A stretch of 62,763 nt of DNA, filler included, from Globobulimina sp. (lineage: Eukaryota), in NCBI GenBank assembly GCA_003354225.1. It is 34 parts of 34 records of this genome, joined end to end, with 100 filler letters (N's around TTAATTAATTAA, not from the genome) between each part and the next. Parts side by side here need not be neighbours in the genome. Positions count along the whole stretch, not along the records: positions 11,102 to 12,851 come from PIVH01012379.1; positions 12,952 to 14,701 come from PIVH01012380.1; positions 14,802 to 16,551 come from PIVH01012381.1; positions 16,652 to 18,401 come from PIVH01012382.1; positions 18,502 to 20,251 come from PIVH01012383.1; positions 20,352 to 22,101 come from PIVH01012384.1; 28 more parts are not named here. The stretch is one strand, 5' to 3'. Below the pieces are notes generated by a model. It saw nothing but the letters and a program-made list of their open reading frames with translations. It was not told where the DNA came from and ran no database searches. A program made the translations under genes and the position numbers. The first letter of the stretch is position 1. The number at the start of each line of letters is the position of its first letter. Shown piece by piece: positions 11,102-22,201 of this stretch.

Positions 11102-12343
11102 GGGCCTCCGGGTGGAATTGCACGCTGAACCATGGCTTATAGGAATGGATTATGCCTTCGTTGCTGTGGTCATTTGCGTTCCGGAAAAACGGCTTCCAAT
11201 CGTGATTCAAACTTTTTTCATCCACTGCAAAGCCATGATTCTGCGGCGTGATGTAGCAGCGCGAAGTGCGCAGATCAATGACGGGTTGGTTCATGCCGCG
11301 ATTCCCGAATTTCATTTTGTAAGTCTTGCCGCCGGCGGCTAGCGCCAAGATCTGATTTCCTAAACATATGCCAAACAGCGGGATATCCGGATATTTGTGC
11401 ATGAATTTGCGCGTATTCTCTATAGTTTTGTCGCACATTTCAGGGTCGCCGGGGCCATTCGAGATGAATAAACCATCAAATCGGTCCTCCACAAAATCAT
11501 AATCCCACGGAACTACAATCAAATGCACTCCTTTACTGCACAAATAGCGGATGATGTTATTCTTTATACCACAGTCAAGCGCCACAATCTTAGTTTGCTT
11601 CTTTCCATCTCCAGCTTCTCCTCGTTGCCGTTTGTTAAATTCTTGCACGTTTTTCCGTGATACTCGATCCACCAAATTGATCTCATACGGATTTATGAAT
11701 TCTATCTTCGGCTGCGACTTAAATTCAATTTTGCCCAGCATCGAACCGTTGACACGCAATTTTTTGGTCACCATTCGGGTGTCAATGTTGTACAAAGCAG
11801 GGATTTTATGTTTAATTAACCAGCTCGATAATGAACAGGCGGATTGATGATGGGAATGATCGAAGGAATAATCGGAAACAATCAGTGCAGTCACTTGAAT
11901 GCAGGAGGATTCGAAGTATTTATGTAAGCCATATTCGTCTAATTCCTCCTCTGAGGGCACGCCGTAATTACCAATTAATGGGTAGGTTAATACTAATATT
12001 TGGCCAGCGTAGGATGGGTCAGTTAGCGATTCTGGGTAGCCGACCATGCCGGTGTTGAACACTACTTCTCCAGACACATTCTGCTCTGCGCCAAAGGAAA
12101 AACCCTGAAAATCCGAGTGCAAGATTGTGAATTAGAATATTTGAGTTATGTAATATGAGATATGTAATGGGAAAGTACCTCAATTGCTTGGCCATCCGCT
12201 AGGGTTAAATGTGCGATCTTTGGTTTAGTTGTTTGTATTTCCTTTAATTGATCATAGACAGATCCATAGCCGATGTTTGATGGAGTTCTAGAGCCGCAGC
12301 CGTTTTCTGAGATCGGTTCATCGCTTTTTAGGTCTTCATTCAT
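11102..12343 (-). CDS. Eukaryotic carbamoyl-phosphate synthetase, glutamine amidotransferase (small-chain) region; 3'-partial; intron 12105-12178
   Basis: GEVVFNTGMVGYPESLTDPSY, SNGPGDP, catalytic GICLG, QNHGFAVD, VQFHPEA. A 74-bp phase-0 GT..AG intron joins LTLADGQAIE to GFSFGAE. Confidence 0.95.
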
Positions 12344-12952
12344 TGCGGTCAGTCTTCGGTAGTTTATGTTGGATGGATGTAATATATGAACAATTAAACA
12401 AACAAAACCAGAAAATTAAGAGCGAAAAGTGCTAAAAAAAATTGTTGTATTCGATAGTAAATTAAGTAAAAGGTGTTGTTAATGTTTTTTATTGTTGCAT
12501 TGGATGAACAATATAATTTATGTACTTTGTGGAATCAGTGAGTCACAAATTATTTTGTTCGTTCATGCATAGAATGATCCATTTCAATTGTTTTGTGAAT
12601 GTGGGGGGAGGAGGAATTGTTGTGGTATGATGTGTGTGTATTAACATACAATGTATTTGCATGGTAATTTTTGCAGTTTTTTAATGTCGAATTGCCATTT
12701 AATTCACCCCTGACTTGTAACAATGAAATGGTCTCATCCAGCAAATCTGCTGCTGACATACTGTTTTATGTGGGACGACGACGGGATTTGTCGCCGATTT
12801 TGATGTCACGACGGGATAAAATCTAAAAATGACAACGATGATTGTTAACACNNNNNNNNNNNNNNNNNNNNNNNNNNNNNNNNNNNNNNNNNNNNTTAAT
12901 TAATTAANNNNNNNNNNNNNNNNNNNNNNNNNNNNNNNNNNNNNNNNNNNNC

Positions 12953-14462
12953 ATGTTATTAAACGATATTGATTCAAACATATTGACCAATGACTTAAAT
13001 GTCAAACCTCTCCATTGCAGCAAAATACTGCGCGAAATTAATAATTTAAAGGTACACTATATACAAAAAACATCTACTGGCAATTTCTGACAACTTCAAT
13101 TCTACTCAGAACACGTCAGCGTCGCCAACACCACACAACGAAGTACAGCCAGACGCCAACTTAAATGACATCATAGCCAGCATCAAAAAAGAAAACGAGG
13201 TCTTATTAACAGAATTACAGCAACAAAAACAAATTAATACACAATTATCGTCGTCTATTCCCCATCACAAACCATCTGATTCTGATTTCCATTGCATACC
13301 CAACGGCGCTGTGGACACAAACTCAAACACAAACACACAAAGCCATAAATCCTTGCAATTGAGCGATATCACACAAAAGAAGACCATCCGAGATCTAACA
13401 GACAAATTAAGGAAATTACAGCAAAGCAGCGATAAAAAAATACGCGAATTGCTTGAGAAGAACAAAAAATTGCAAGACGGCTATATTTGCATAGAAACGC
13501 ATTATCAGAAACAATTAGATGACGCTCGTCGGAAATCCAAGACTTTGGAAGCTCAGTTATCGTCCTCCAAATCCATAAACTATGCGGATAACAACAACAA
13601 CATCGAATTGTTATGGTCAGAAAACGAAAACACTGCCAAAGATTTAGAAAACGAAAAGGAAAAACGAGTGATGTTGGAAGCTTCGCTCCGCGCTGTACAG
13701 TTATCGCTGAATGGCGAGCGGCAGAAACGCAAATTATTAGAGTCGCAAACTTCGCGTTTAACCAGCGAGTTAACCAAATATTTGACAAAAGTGGAGCTTA
13801 AGAACGACAAATCCAAGAAAGAGCGGTTCAAATTCAAGTTAAATAAAAATAAAAGTGGCAATTCTGACCATGAAACCGGTTGGGTCCGCTTCTTGAATGC
13901 GGCTGGTTCGGTGAGGCACAAATCGCTCACTAATTTGCAGCAGAAATTGAATAAAAATGAGAGCAAAGGGAGTGTGAACGAGGTTGACAACAAAAGTAAA
14001 CATAGAAACAGGTCGCGGCATGGAAGGAAAGTAAGTTTTGGTGAGTCGGTGATAAAAACGTTTAAAAAAATTCAAAGTGCCACCAAGGCGAAGATGGAGG
14101 AGAGGAATAAAAGAAAAACGAGTATTGATGAGATCAAAGAGGAGGATCGGTACTATATTGACGATGAGCAGAAAGTGAACAAAGTGAATATAAATATTGA
14201 TAATGATGATGAGTACGATGAGGATAGTTCTGCTGAAAAGGCAGAGTTGCAAATAAAAAGAAATAGGATATTGATAACTGCGCCGAATGGAGGCTTTGGT
14301 GGCCATGGAATGGCTGAGGAGGATGAAGAGGACAGTGATGGATCGGACGGTGTGATTATAAAAAGGGGCGACGGCTCGCCGACCAATATGGGCATTGAGT
14401 TTTTGCCGGCTTTGGAGGCATTGCGGCAAACTCCCGAATTGGATACGGATGCTTCGTTTTGA
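12953..14462 (+). CDS. SAM-domain fragment plus long coiled-coil protein, 5'-partial; intron 13052-13109
   Basis: LLNDIDSNILTNDLNVKPLHCSKILREINNLK matches the SAM C-terminal half. A 58-bp GT..AG intron keeps frame into ORF 13311-14462. Confidence 0.7.
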
Positions 14463-15244
14463 TATATATATATTAATTAATGTTTATGTGACTGCGTTTT
14501 TGTTGTTGTTTATATATGTTTTATTATTTTTGTTTTTTTTATATTTTTTTTTTAGTTTGGTAATATTAAATGATTGTATTTCCTTTGTGATTTTATGTAC
14601 CATGTTTACATATAATATGTGTCGAAATGTTTTCATTATATAAAAACGCTACATCCTTGCACTGGAAGTAAAATCTTAATATATGGAATATCCACCACAG
14701 GNNNNNNNNNNNNNNNNNNNNNNNNNNNNNNNNNNNNNNNNNNNNTTAATTAATTAANNNNNNNNNNNNNNNNNNNNNNNNNNNNNNNNNNNNNNNNNNN
14801 NATTACAAAGTGTAAACGATGAGTTTTGATGCATAACCCCCCCGGGGTTAGATAACCCGCCCCCTTTGTATTGGGTTTGCAAAAAAACAATTGCAAATGT
14901 ACAGTTTGTATTCACTTTGCTTTGCAAACCAATGCAAATTTTCTTTGCATAAAACCATATACAAAATATCGACCAGGGGTTATCCATTAAAAGTCATCGT
15001 TAACGATATATAAAAAAGTGCATAATACTATAATTAAAAAAAAACACAGACAAAAAAGTACAAAATATATAATATTAAAAAACATTATAATTTAAAGTAG
15101 GAACAAAAAAGCAGAGCTTGCAAATATTGGCTGGTTATGACTTAAGCCTAATATCCAATAAAAATATACATAAAAAAAAAAAGGAGAATAAAAAGTCATA
15201 GACAAAGTCCAACCTATGTTTGCAAAAAAAAATCATAAATCATA

Positions 15245-16551
15245 TCATTCTTTGACTTCATCCATTTGCATTTTATCAGCAAACACAAAACTCATATTTT
15301 TCTCGGCATTCTTTTTCGTTGACTTCGACCAAAAACACTGGAGAATATTCAACCAAACATTTAAAAATAACACATCCAATTTACCCAATACAACTCTATA
15401 AATATTATCTGTAAAATTAAACTGTAAATACAACATAAAAGATGTAACAGCATTGTCAATTAATGGCAATATCGATGCCCAAATTGATTGTATATCAATG
15501 TGATGTTTTTCAATCTGTATATTACCAAAACATAAAGGTACATAAATCTGTACATAAATCTGTACATAAATGGCAATTAATATTTTATTTAACTGTTTTC
15601 AATTCGTGAATTTCGATAAAAACATTTCCCAAAACGCTAAGTGTTGATGTAAACACAGTGAGTAACACCAACAAAGTCATTTTATTCATAACAGCAACCA
15701 AATCAACTGCGCCACGCATACTTTCCCCCTCTGATCCAGTGCCACTTTTTTTTGTTTTATTAGTTTGCGTATTTGCTGTATGACTCACCGTTAATTCAAT
15801 GTCTTTTGATGATTTTTCAAATTCTAATTCTGTTTCTTCGGGCAATATAAGTTTATCTGCTTTCTTGTCAATAACATCTGGCGTTGCCTCTGGTGTTTGT
15901 TTCGGTGTTGACTCCGTTCTCGTTGCATCATAATAGTTATGTATCGTCGCCACATTCATCTCACTATTAACTGCCATATCTTTGTCAGCAGTAATCGTAG
16001 CTAATGCCAATGTGGCATTTATGGGCGAATTTGGTTGAGATTGATCAAGTATTCCAGGCTCAGAATTACACTCAAATTTTGAAATTATGATAGGTTCCAT
16101 ATATACGCCATCGATAGTCATTGTATTCAGGGAACATATTTTGAAATCTGTTTCTGTTTTGTTTTTGCCACTTTTTGTTTTTTGTTTGCTTCCCGAATGT
16201 CCAGAACTCGATTTTTCTTTTGACGAATTTAAAGAATGTTTAATGGTTTTGGTTAATTCTGAGAAAAAATCTGTGGAACGCCCGGATTTGATATGGTTCG
16301 TCAATGACATTTTTAACAATAAATACAACTTTGATGTAAATAAATATAATAACCACAAACACATGATTTCCACGCAAAATTCCCAAACGATTTCGCATAT
16401 AATTATAATGTGGGTTTTATGATAAATAATAATTAATAAAATAATACCAACAGCACCTAAGAATAAAGCAAATAAAACACCTTTTGATGTAGAGATGATA
16501 CATTTATTTAAACCGAATATACCGCCACCAAATGTATACTCAAAACGCAAA
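15245..16551 (-). CDS. Multi-pass (GPCR-like) membrane protein with a long cytoplasmic loop, 5'-partial, intron near 15520-15593
   Basis: Hydrophobic helices flank a Ser/Thr/Lys-rich loop. The last exon is ORF 15245-15469 (AVTSFMLYLQFNF). Confidence 0.6.
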
Positions 16552-16651
16552 NNNNNNNNNNNNNNNNNNNNNNNNNNNNNNNNNNNNNNNNNNNNTTAAT
16601 TAATTAANNNNNNNNNNNNNNNNNNNNNNNNNNNNNNNNNNNNNNNNNNNN

Positions 16652-17680
16652 CATATTGCTCATCCAATCATCAAAATCTTCATACTCTTTAATGTCATGA
16701 TCATAATAATTACAATAGTCCAAAGCTTCTTGACCTGAAGCGTGTTCTCCATTTGCCCAACCCAAACTATCATCTAAATTTATAAAAGCATATATTTTCT
16801 TATCATGATCACAAATATGTAATTTATAAAATTCCGACCCTGATTTAAGAATATAGATTTTATTGTGATCAAATGTCAATGAATTTGATTCTTTGATATA
16901 TTTTTTATCAAGAAGAAATTTAATCCATCCATTTTGTTTCATGATATATTCTTCGTTTATTTCATCCCAAATACATACTTTCCAAAATCCATATTTCTTA
17001 ACATAAAGATCAAATTCACTCACACAAGCGTCATCTTTAAGTAAAGCTTCACCATTTATATCTCTTAACAATTTATACTTCATTTTATAATTTTCTCCTT
17101 TAATATGTTTGTTGTATTCTTCTTCTGTTAGATTTCTAAAAGAATCCATTGCCCATGTATATGAATTATATCCTACATTCCATACATTGTTACTAACAAT
17201 AACAGTCCCACATTTATATTTGGTAAATTCAACAATTAATGATGAAGAAGTTGAAATCATATATTTAGGATATTCAGATACCACTAATTCACAATATTTG
17301 TTGTCAACATACCAAACATTTTCTAAATCTAAATCTTTTGTTTGTCTTCCATCATCTAGTTTATGATAACCTCCTTCATGACCATCAATATGTGTTATTT
17401 CATTTGTTAATTGTACAAGAATAGAATTGTCCTCGTCACGTATACCCACTACTTTAAACTTTTTATTATGAAATAGATCATCACAATGACTATCTTTAAT
17501 TAATACCATACTTCCTTCTACAATATTCACGTCTTTCTCCTTTGGAATTTCTTCCCATAGATTATATTGAAAAACACCAGACCAATCATCGTCTCGTCCT
17601 GAACATTCGTTTTCTAAATTGTGAGGACAGTTTGTATTTTGTTTCGAATAATGTTTACAAATTCCACAACTCTTTTCCAT
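16652..17680 (-). CDS. Phage hypothetical modular protein, 3'-partial
   Basis: Intronless, aagga RBS, directly behind ORF 17693-17887. N-terminal CxxC...C...C, an SH3/KOW-like segment, and an internal in-frame RBS plus ATG at 17083. Confidence 0.75.
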
Positions 17681-17692
17681 AATATTTTCCTT

Positions 17693-17887
17693 TTAATTAA
17701 TTTCGTTTGTATCATACATACCATCATAATCAATCACACGATTCAAAGAAACATCGTTTAGATAACAGAAGATAACAGTTTCATCTTCGTCATCAATATA
17801 AGTTATCATCCCTTCATCATAATTTGTTTCAGACTCAATCCCTTGTGTTTCTAACCAATTTTCAACTGTATCAATCATGTTATTCAT
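17693..17887 (-). CDS. Small acidic phage protein (64 aa), probably early
   Basis: aaggag RBS before the ATG, downstream of a sigma70-type promoter. Confidence 0.75.
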   Translation of the reverse strand: MNNMIDTVENWLETQGIESETNYDEGMITYIDDEDETVIFCYLNDVSLNRVIDYDGMYDTNEIN

Positions 17888-17922
17888 TTTTTAAGACTCC
17901 TTTTTAAATTAACATTAAATAC

Positions 17923-17951
17923 AAATTAACATGAATAAAGAATCGTGTCAA
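17923..17951 (-). promoter_or_regulatory. Sigma70-type promoter
   Basis: TTGACA, 17-bp spacer, TAATTT with an extended -10 TG, and AT-rich upstream sequence. Confidence 0.65.
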
Positions 17952-17981
17952 CAGTTTTATTAAAATAATGTAAATTTATCG

Positions 17982-17987
17982 TAAATA
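17982..17987 (+). promoter_or_regulatory. Possible T4-type late promoter core (TAAATA)
   Basis: Partial match to TATAAATA, just upstream of the aggag RBS of a structural gene. Confidence 0.4.
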
Positions 17988-18011
17988 AAAACAAAAATAG
18001 GAGACAAATAA

Positions 18012-18401
18012 TTGAATAATTTACCAAATCTTGCATCTGATAGACCAACATATCCGATCACAATACCAACAACAGATGAAACAACCACTTATCAAAGTTA
18101 CACAAAAAATGAAGAGAAAGCAATATTAATAGCTTCACAAGAAAAAGATTATCCTACGTTAATATCAACTCTAAATAATATATTAGAAAGTCATTGTGTA
18201 GCTGAATTAAAAACGATAGTAGCTTTTGCTTATGTTTTAACACATGTTAGATCAAAAAGTCATGGCGAAAAACACACATTCAAGTTGAAAAAATGTAAAT
18301 GTGGAAAAGAAAATATCACCATAAAAGTAGATAATATTCTTGATCATATTAAAATAAAAAATAAAGATAAATTAAAAGATACATATAATGTAACAGATAA
18401 A
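18012..18401 (+). CDS. T4-like baseplate hub subunit (gp26/gp51 family), 3'-partial
   Basis: LPNL..PTYPITIPTT, EEKAILIASQ, VRSKSHGE and CKCG follow the family pattern LP..PTY.L.LPS / KEEKILL / LRAKSVGE / CxxC. TTG start with aggag RBS. Confidence 0.8.
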
Positions 18402-18501
18402 NNNNNNNNNNNNNNNNNNNNNNNNNNNNNNNNNNNNNNNNNNNNTTAATTAATTAANNNNNNNNNNNNNNNNNNNNNNNNNNNNNNNNNNNNNNNNNNN
18501 N

Positions 18502-19001
18502 ACATAACAAACTTTATCTGTCCAATTTGTTGCATCATATATTATATTAAATGTATTACATAAATCCATCATAAATTGTCGACAATTACTTGCATATTGG
18601 TCATATTTATAATCATGTTCCATTTCATATTTTAAACACCAATGAGCAATATCCACCAAACCGTGTTTTAAATCTAAATTTTGTTCTTTATAATAATCCC
18701 ACTTATTTCTATCCAAACTATGCTTTAATATCGGTCGACATTCAATTTCTATTTGCTCCATATTCTCTTTTTTATCTTCTTCAGACTGATATTCCGGCGA
18801 TAACTTTCTTAAATGAATAATATAAAACGCTTTTTCATTGTGCTCGTCAAATCTTTCACTTCTTCTCCAAATTAATAACGCCGGATGTTGTATATTTATG
18901 ATGCTCGCATTGTTCATTTCTTTGGTTATTATCCTGCATTTTAACTCTTTAACATTGCGTAAAGTGCTTTTTATCGCACCTTGAAACACCATATCTGCCA
19001 T
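18502..19001 (-). CDS. Permuted papain-like (PPPDE/LRAT-type) peptidase candidate
   Basis: His motif IQHPALLI precedes YDQYASNCRQF (Y...NC..F), the circularly permuted order. Confidence 0.55.
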
Positions 19002-19062
19002 TCCTTAATTATTATAATCAATATTTAAATTTTCAAACAAGTACATATTAATCACACAAGTT

Positions 19063-19539
19063 CTAACTTGCACGGCGGAGAAAATGAGGAGGGATCGGAT
19101 CAGTGTTTTTGAGGAATTGCCTGATTGTCTCATATTTATCTGGTAACAACGAGTTTTTATATGATGAATCGTTTAGTTTATGATAAGAAACGTTATCATT
19201 TGTTGTGTGATATACCCACTCAAAACGGCATTGTTGGTATTCTTTCACTGGTAAATCATTGATGTTGTTTGCATCTTTATTGTCGACGTCATCATTTGGT
19301 TCATCTTTTACAATGTTTTCATAGTCAATGGCATTATATTTAAAAAGAAATGGTATTTCGTGATCTTTATTGTTTTTATCATTATCAATTGCTAAGTGTT
19401 TGTCTTTAATATGATAATAATAACCATTTAATGGACCCCATAATTCTGGAAGACCAATTTTTTCGAATGGTTGTTCTGACTCATTGTAATCGGTACACAT
19501 AGAATTTGTCGCAGCACGCTTTTGTCGGTTGCCCATCAC
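19063..19539 (-). CDS. Hypothetical protein, possibly an upstream exon of the adjacent ORF
   Basis: 158-aa ORF; no motif recognised. Confidence 0.35.
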   Translation of the reverse strand: MMGNRQKRAATNSMCTDYNESEQPFEKIGLPELWGPLNGYYYHIKDKHLAIDNDKNNKDHEIPFLFKYNAIDYENIVKDEPNDDVDNKDANNINDLPVKEYQQCRFEWVYHTTNDNVSYHKLNDSSYKNSLLPDKYETIRQFLKNTDPIPPHFLRRAS

Positions 19540-19598
19540 AATTTTACTACTTTAAGAGTTTTATTTTTAATATTTCCACCAAACACCAAACACCAAAC

Positions 19599-20251
19599 AT
19601 GGCCACCCAATTGCAAGCAGTCGCAATAACACAAAAAAAGTTTATATTTGGTGTGAATGTGATTGTTGAGTTTAAATATAAAAACAAGGAATGGAAAAGA
19701 GGAGTTATTGTATCATCATCACGTCCAAATGGGATTATCATCGATTTAGAAATGTCTGCAGCTGCAAAATACAAACAAATCCATCTTTATTATTCCACTG
19801 CGATGACATATTATTACATAAACAAAACATTAAAACCATTAAACATTGCGATACCAAAACAATTATTTTCAATTGGCACTAATATCGAGTATAAATATAA
19901 AAATAAAGAATGGAAAAATGGCCGGATCATAAATATCAACGCAAACAAATTGCATGAAACAACCATTCAAATCCAAAAAACTGTCAAAAAAAACAAAGTA
20001 ATAACAATTTCTCGATCGGAATTAATCCTAAATTATGTTTTTAAAAAAACAGTAAAATTATCAAATATCATCTATCCATTTTGGATATCCTTTGACCAAA
20101 TTGTTAAAGTCAAAGAATGTTCAAAATCAGTCTGGGAATATTATAATATCGCATGTTACAGAGACGGCAAATCCATTATTTTGTACAAATCAGTCAAAGA
20201 TTTATTAATTATCAAACATTCACAAATCACAGAGATAACAAATCGGTGCAT
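19599..20251 (+). CDS. Protein with tandem Tudor/SH3-like repeats, 3'-partial
   Basis: Internal repeat FGVNVIVEFKYKNKEWKRGVIV / FSIGTNIEYKYKNKEWKNGRII, plus a third degenerate copy. Confidence 0.55.
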
Positions 20252-20351
20252 NNNNNNNNNNNNNNNNNNNNNNNNNNNNNNNNNNNNNNNNNNNNTTAAT
20301 TAATTAANNNNNNNNNNNNNNNNNNNNNNNNNNNNNNNNNNNNNNNNNNNN

Positions 20352-20591
20352 ATACATGCCAGCGGTTTGTGGGCCATCTCGTAGACCGCCAATAACTTCG
20401 CGGCCGTGCTTCAGTAATATTTGCTCGCTTTCCGTGTATCGAGCGCCGAAGATAGATTTTAATTTCATGTAAATATTAGGGTATATATTTGATAATTTTT
20501 TGTTGGATGTTTTGGATGGGATAAGCGTGTACGGTGTTGGTGGTGTAATATGATCCAAAATTTTGGTCAATCTCCGAGTTGATTGAGCCAT
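20352..20591 (-). CDS. N-terminus of a possible FAD-linked oxidase (D-lactate dehydrogenase-like) with a targeting presequence
   Basis: MAQSTRRLTKILDHI (RLx5H, PTS2/mitochondrial-like) followed by LKSIFGARYTESEQILLKHGRE. Confidence 0.4.
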
Positions 20592-20675
20592 TACGGTTTA
20601 GATGAAAAACAACAACTCAAGCATTCAACATTATAATTAAATAGAGTCGGTGAGTAATACATGTTTAATATCAGT

Positions 20676-21011
20676 TTAATTTGCTTTCTCTTGAAAAACT
20701 GATTGAAGATCAGTTAGTATTGAATCAAAAGTCCATTCTTTATTATTTTTTTCATCGTTTAAAATACTTTGTGGTAATAATGCTTTCGTCAATATCGACA
20801 AATCAATGTCATCCGAATCACGTCCATTCTCTTTTGGTTTGTCAATTTTTAGCTCATCAATAATATCTAACGGCAAATCATCAATTAACTCATATTTGAA
20901 ATTATACAAATCATCAATCAGCTCATCCACTAAATTACCACCTGATGTTGAAATATTTCCGTAATCTTTCATTTTTGTTTTTTCCTCCTTCTCACCGCCA
21001 AATATCTGCAC
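20676..21011 (-). CDS. IFT43: Intraflagellar transport protein IFT43-like (main exon; intron upstream at ~21008-21072)
   Basis: DDIDLSILTKALLPQSILND...WTFDSILTDL matches the IFT43 C-terminal DIDL.LLT..L.P....E.D..W.WD.LFTEV pattern. Confidence 0.7.
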   Translation of the reverse strand: MQIFGGEKEEKTKMKDYGNISTSGGNLVDELIDDLYNFKYELIDDLPLDIIDELKIDKPKENGRDSDDIDLSILTKALLPQSILNDEKNNKEWTFDSILTDLQSVFQEKAN

Positions 21012-21166
21012 ATTTCAGAAACATTCAAATGCAATGTCTCCAATCACAAAAAATGAAAAATGAATAATATACCTTATTCATCATATTTACTTTCGCAAAT
21101 TCCGAAGCTGATTAATTCAGCAAACACTCAGTAGCTAAAAAACTTTTCCCTTCATTTCAATTTTCA

Positions 21167-21991
21167 ATGGGTAACAAGCACGCAAAGAATAAATTGGATA
21201 AACCACATGTAACACATCCAAATTGCTCAAACTCTGGAGCACCATCGCAATGTAACAACCACACATCTTTAGACCACAAAGAATTATGGTTAATAAGGCA
21301 TGGTGAAAGAATGGATGAGGTTGGCACTAACGAAGCAAAGAAATGGCGTAACAAAACTCCAGAAACGAGATTGTTTGACCCACCATTAACGAAAAACGGG
21401 TTCAAACAGGCCACTGAAAGAGGAGAGTTATTATTGACCGAACTGTCAAAATATAAAACTGGAAATAAGTCCAGTTACTATCCAAAATGTATATATTCAT
21501 CGCCCACAGAGCGAACCATAGGAAGTGCAATGTCCATTGCATTGATTTTGAAATTACCGATTGTTATAATCCCAGGATTAAGTTCATGCGCTGCGGCAGT
21601 ACAACGTGGCGGATTAATAAAGAAAAATAGAAAAAATGAAGAAATAAAAGAGAATGATGATACAGATTGTGAGCTATATCTACGTCACTATGGATGGGTG
21701 GGACAATGCACCTTTTTAACAAAAAAAGAAATTTTAAACAAATTTGGCAAATCTGGTGTAGAGATATTATTTTATTACAAATATATTGATGGATTTATAC
21801 AATGTGTGCAAAGATTGACCAATGAGTCGGAAACAAATATTATTTTATGCGTGACTCATCGCGAAGGGATACGGCATTTAGATGATAAATTAATATATTC
21901 GAGAATCCCATATTGTGTTTTAGCGAAATTTGTGTTTGTTCCAAATTCAAACATTCATAAAAACCAATTTGAATATTTTGAAGAGGATTGA
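21167..21991 (+). CDS. Histidine phosphatase (phosphoglycerate mutase superfamily)
   Basis: LWLIRHGERMD, DPPLT..G..QA, YSSP..R, LCVTH. The MG start suggests myristoylation. Confidence 0.9.
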   Translation: MGNKHAKNKLDKPHVTHPNCSNSGAPSQCNNHTSLDHKELWLIRHGERMDEVGTNEAKKWRNKTPETRLFDPPLTKNGFKQATERGELLLTELSKYKTGNKSSYYPKCIYSSPTERTIGSAMSIALILKLPIVIIPGLSSCAAAVQRGGLIKKNRKNEEIKENDDTDCELYLRHYGWVGQCTFLTKKEILNKFGKSGVEILFYYKYIDGFIQCVQRLTNESETNIILCVTHREGIRHLDDKLIYSRIPYCVLAKFVFVPNSNIHKNQFEYFEED

Positions 21992-22201
21992 TAACGTTTT
22001 TAATCTTTGAAAGTATGGCTTTTGTTTTTTTGTTCACATTTTAAGTCAAAACTTATTACGAAAAAACCTTGGCATATTACAAAAGTGCAAGGATAACAGA
22101 ANNNNNNNNNNNNNNNNNNNNNNNNNNNNNNNNNNNNNNNNNNNNTTAATTAATTAANNNNNNNNNNNNNNNNNNNNNNNNNNNNNNNNNNNNNNNNNNN
22201 N

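Noticed and set aside
13369..14429. Long antisense ORFs over coding regions, here and in many other contigs
   Set aside because: Shadow frames of biased sense-strand codons with no motifs of their own.
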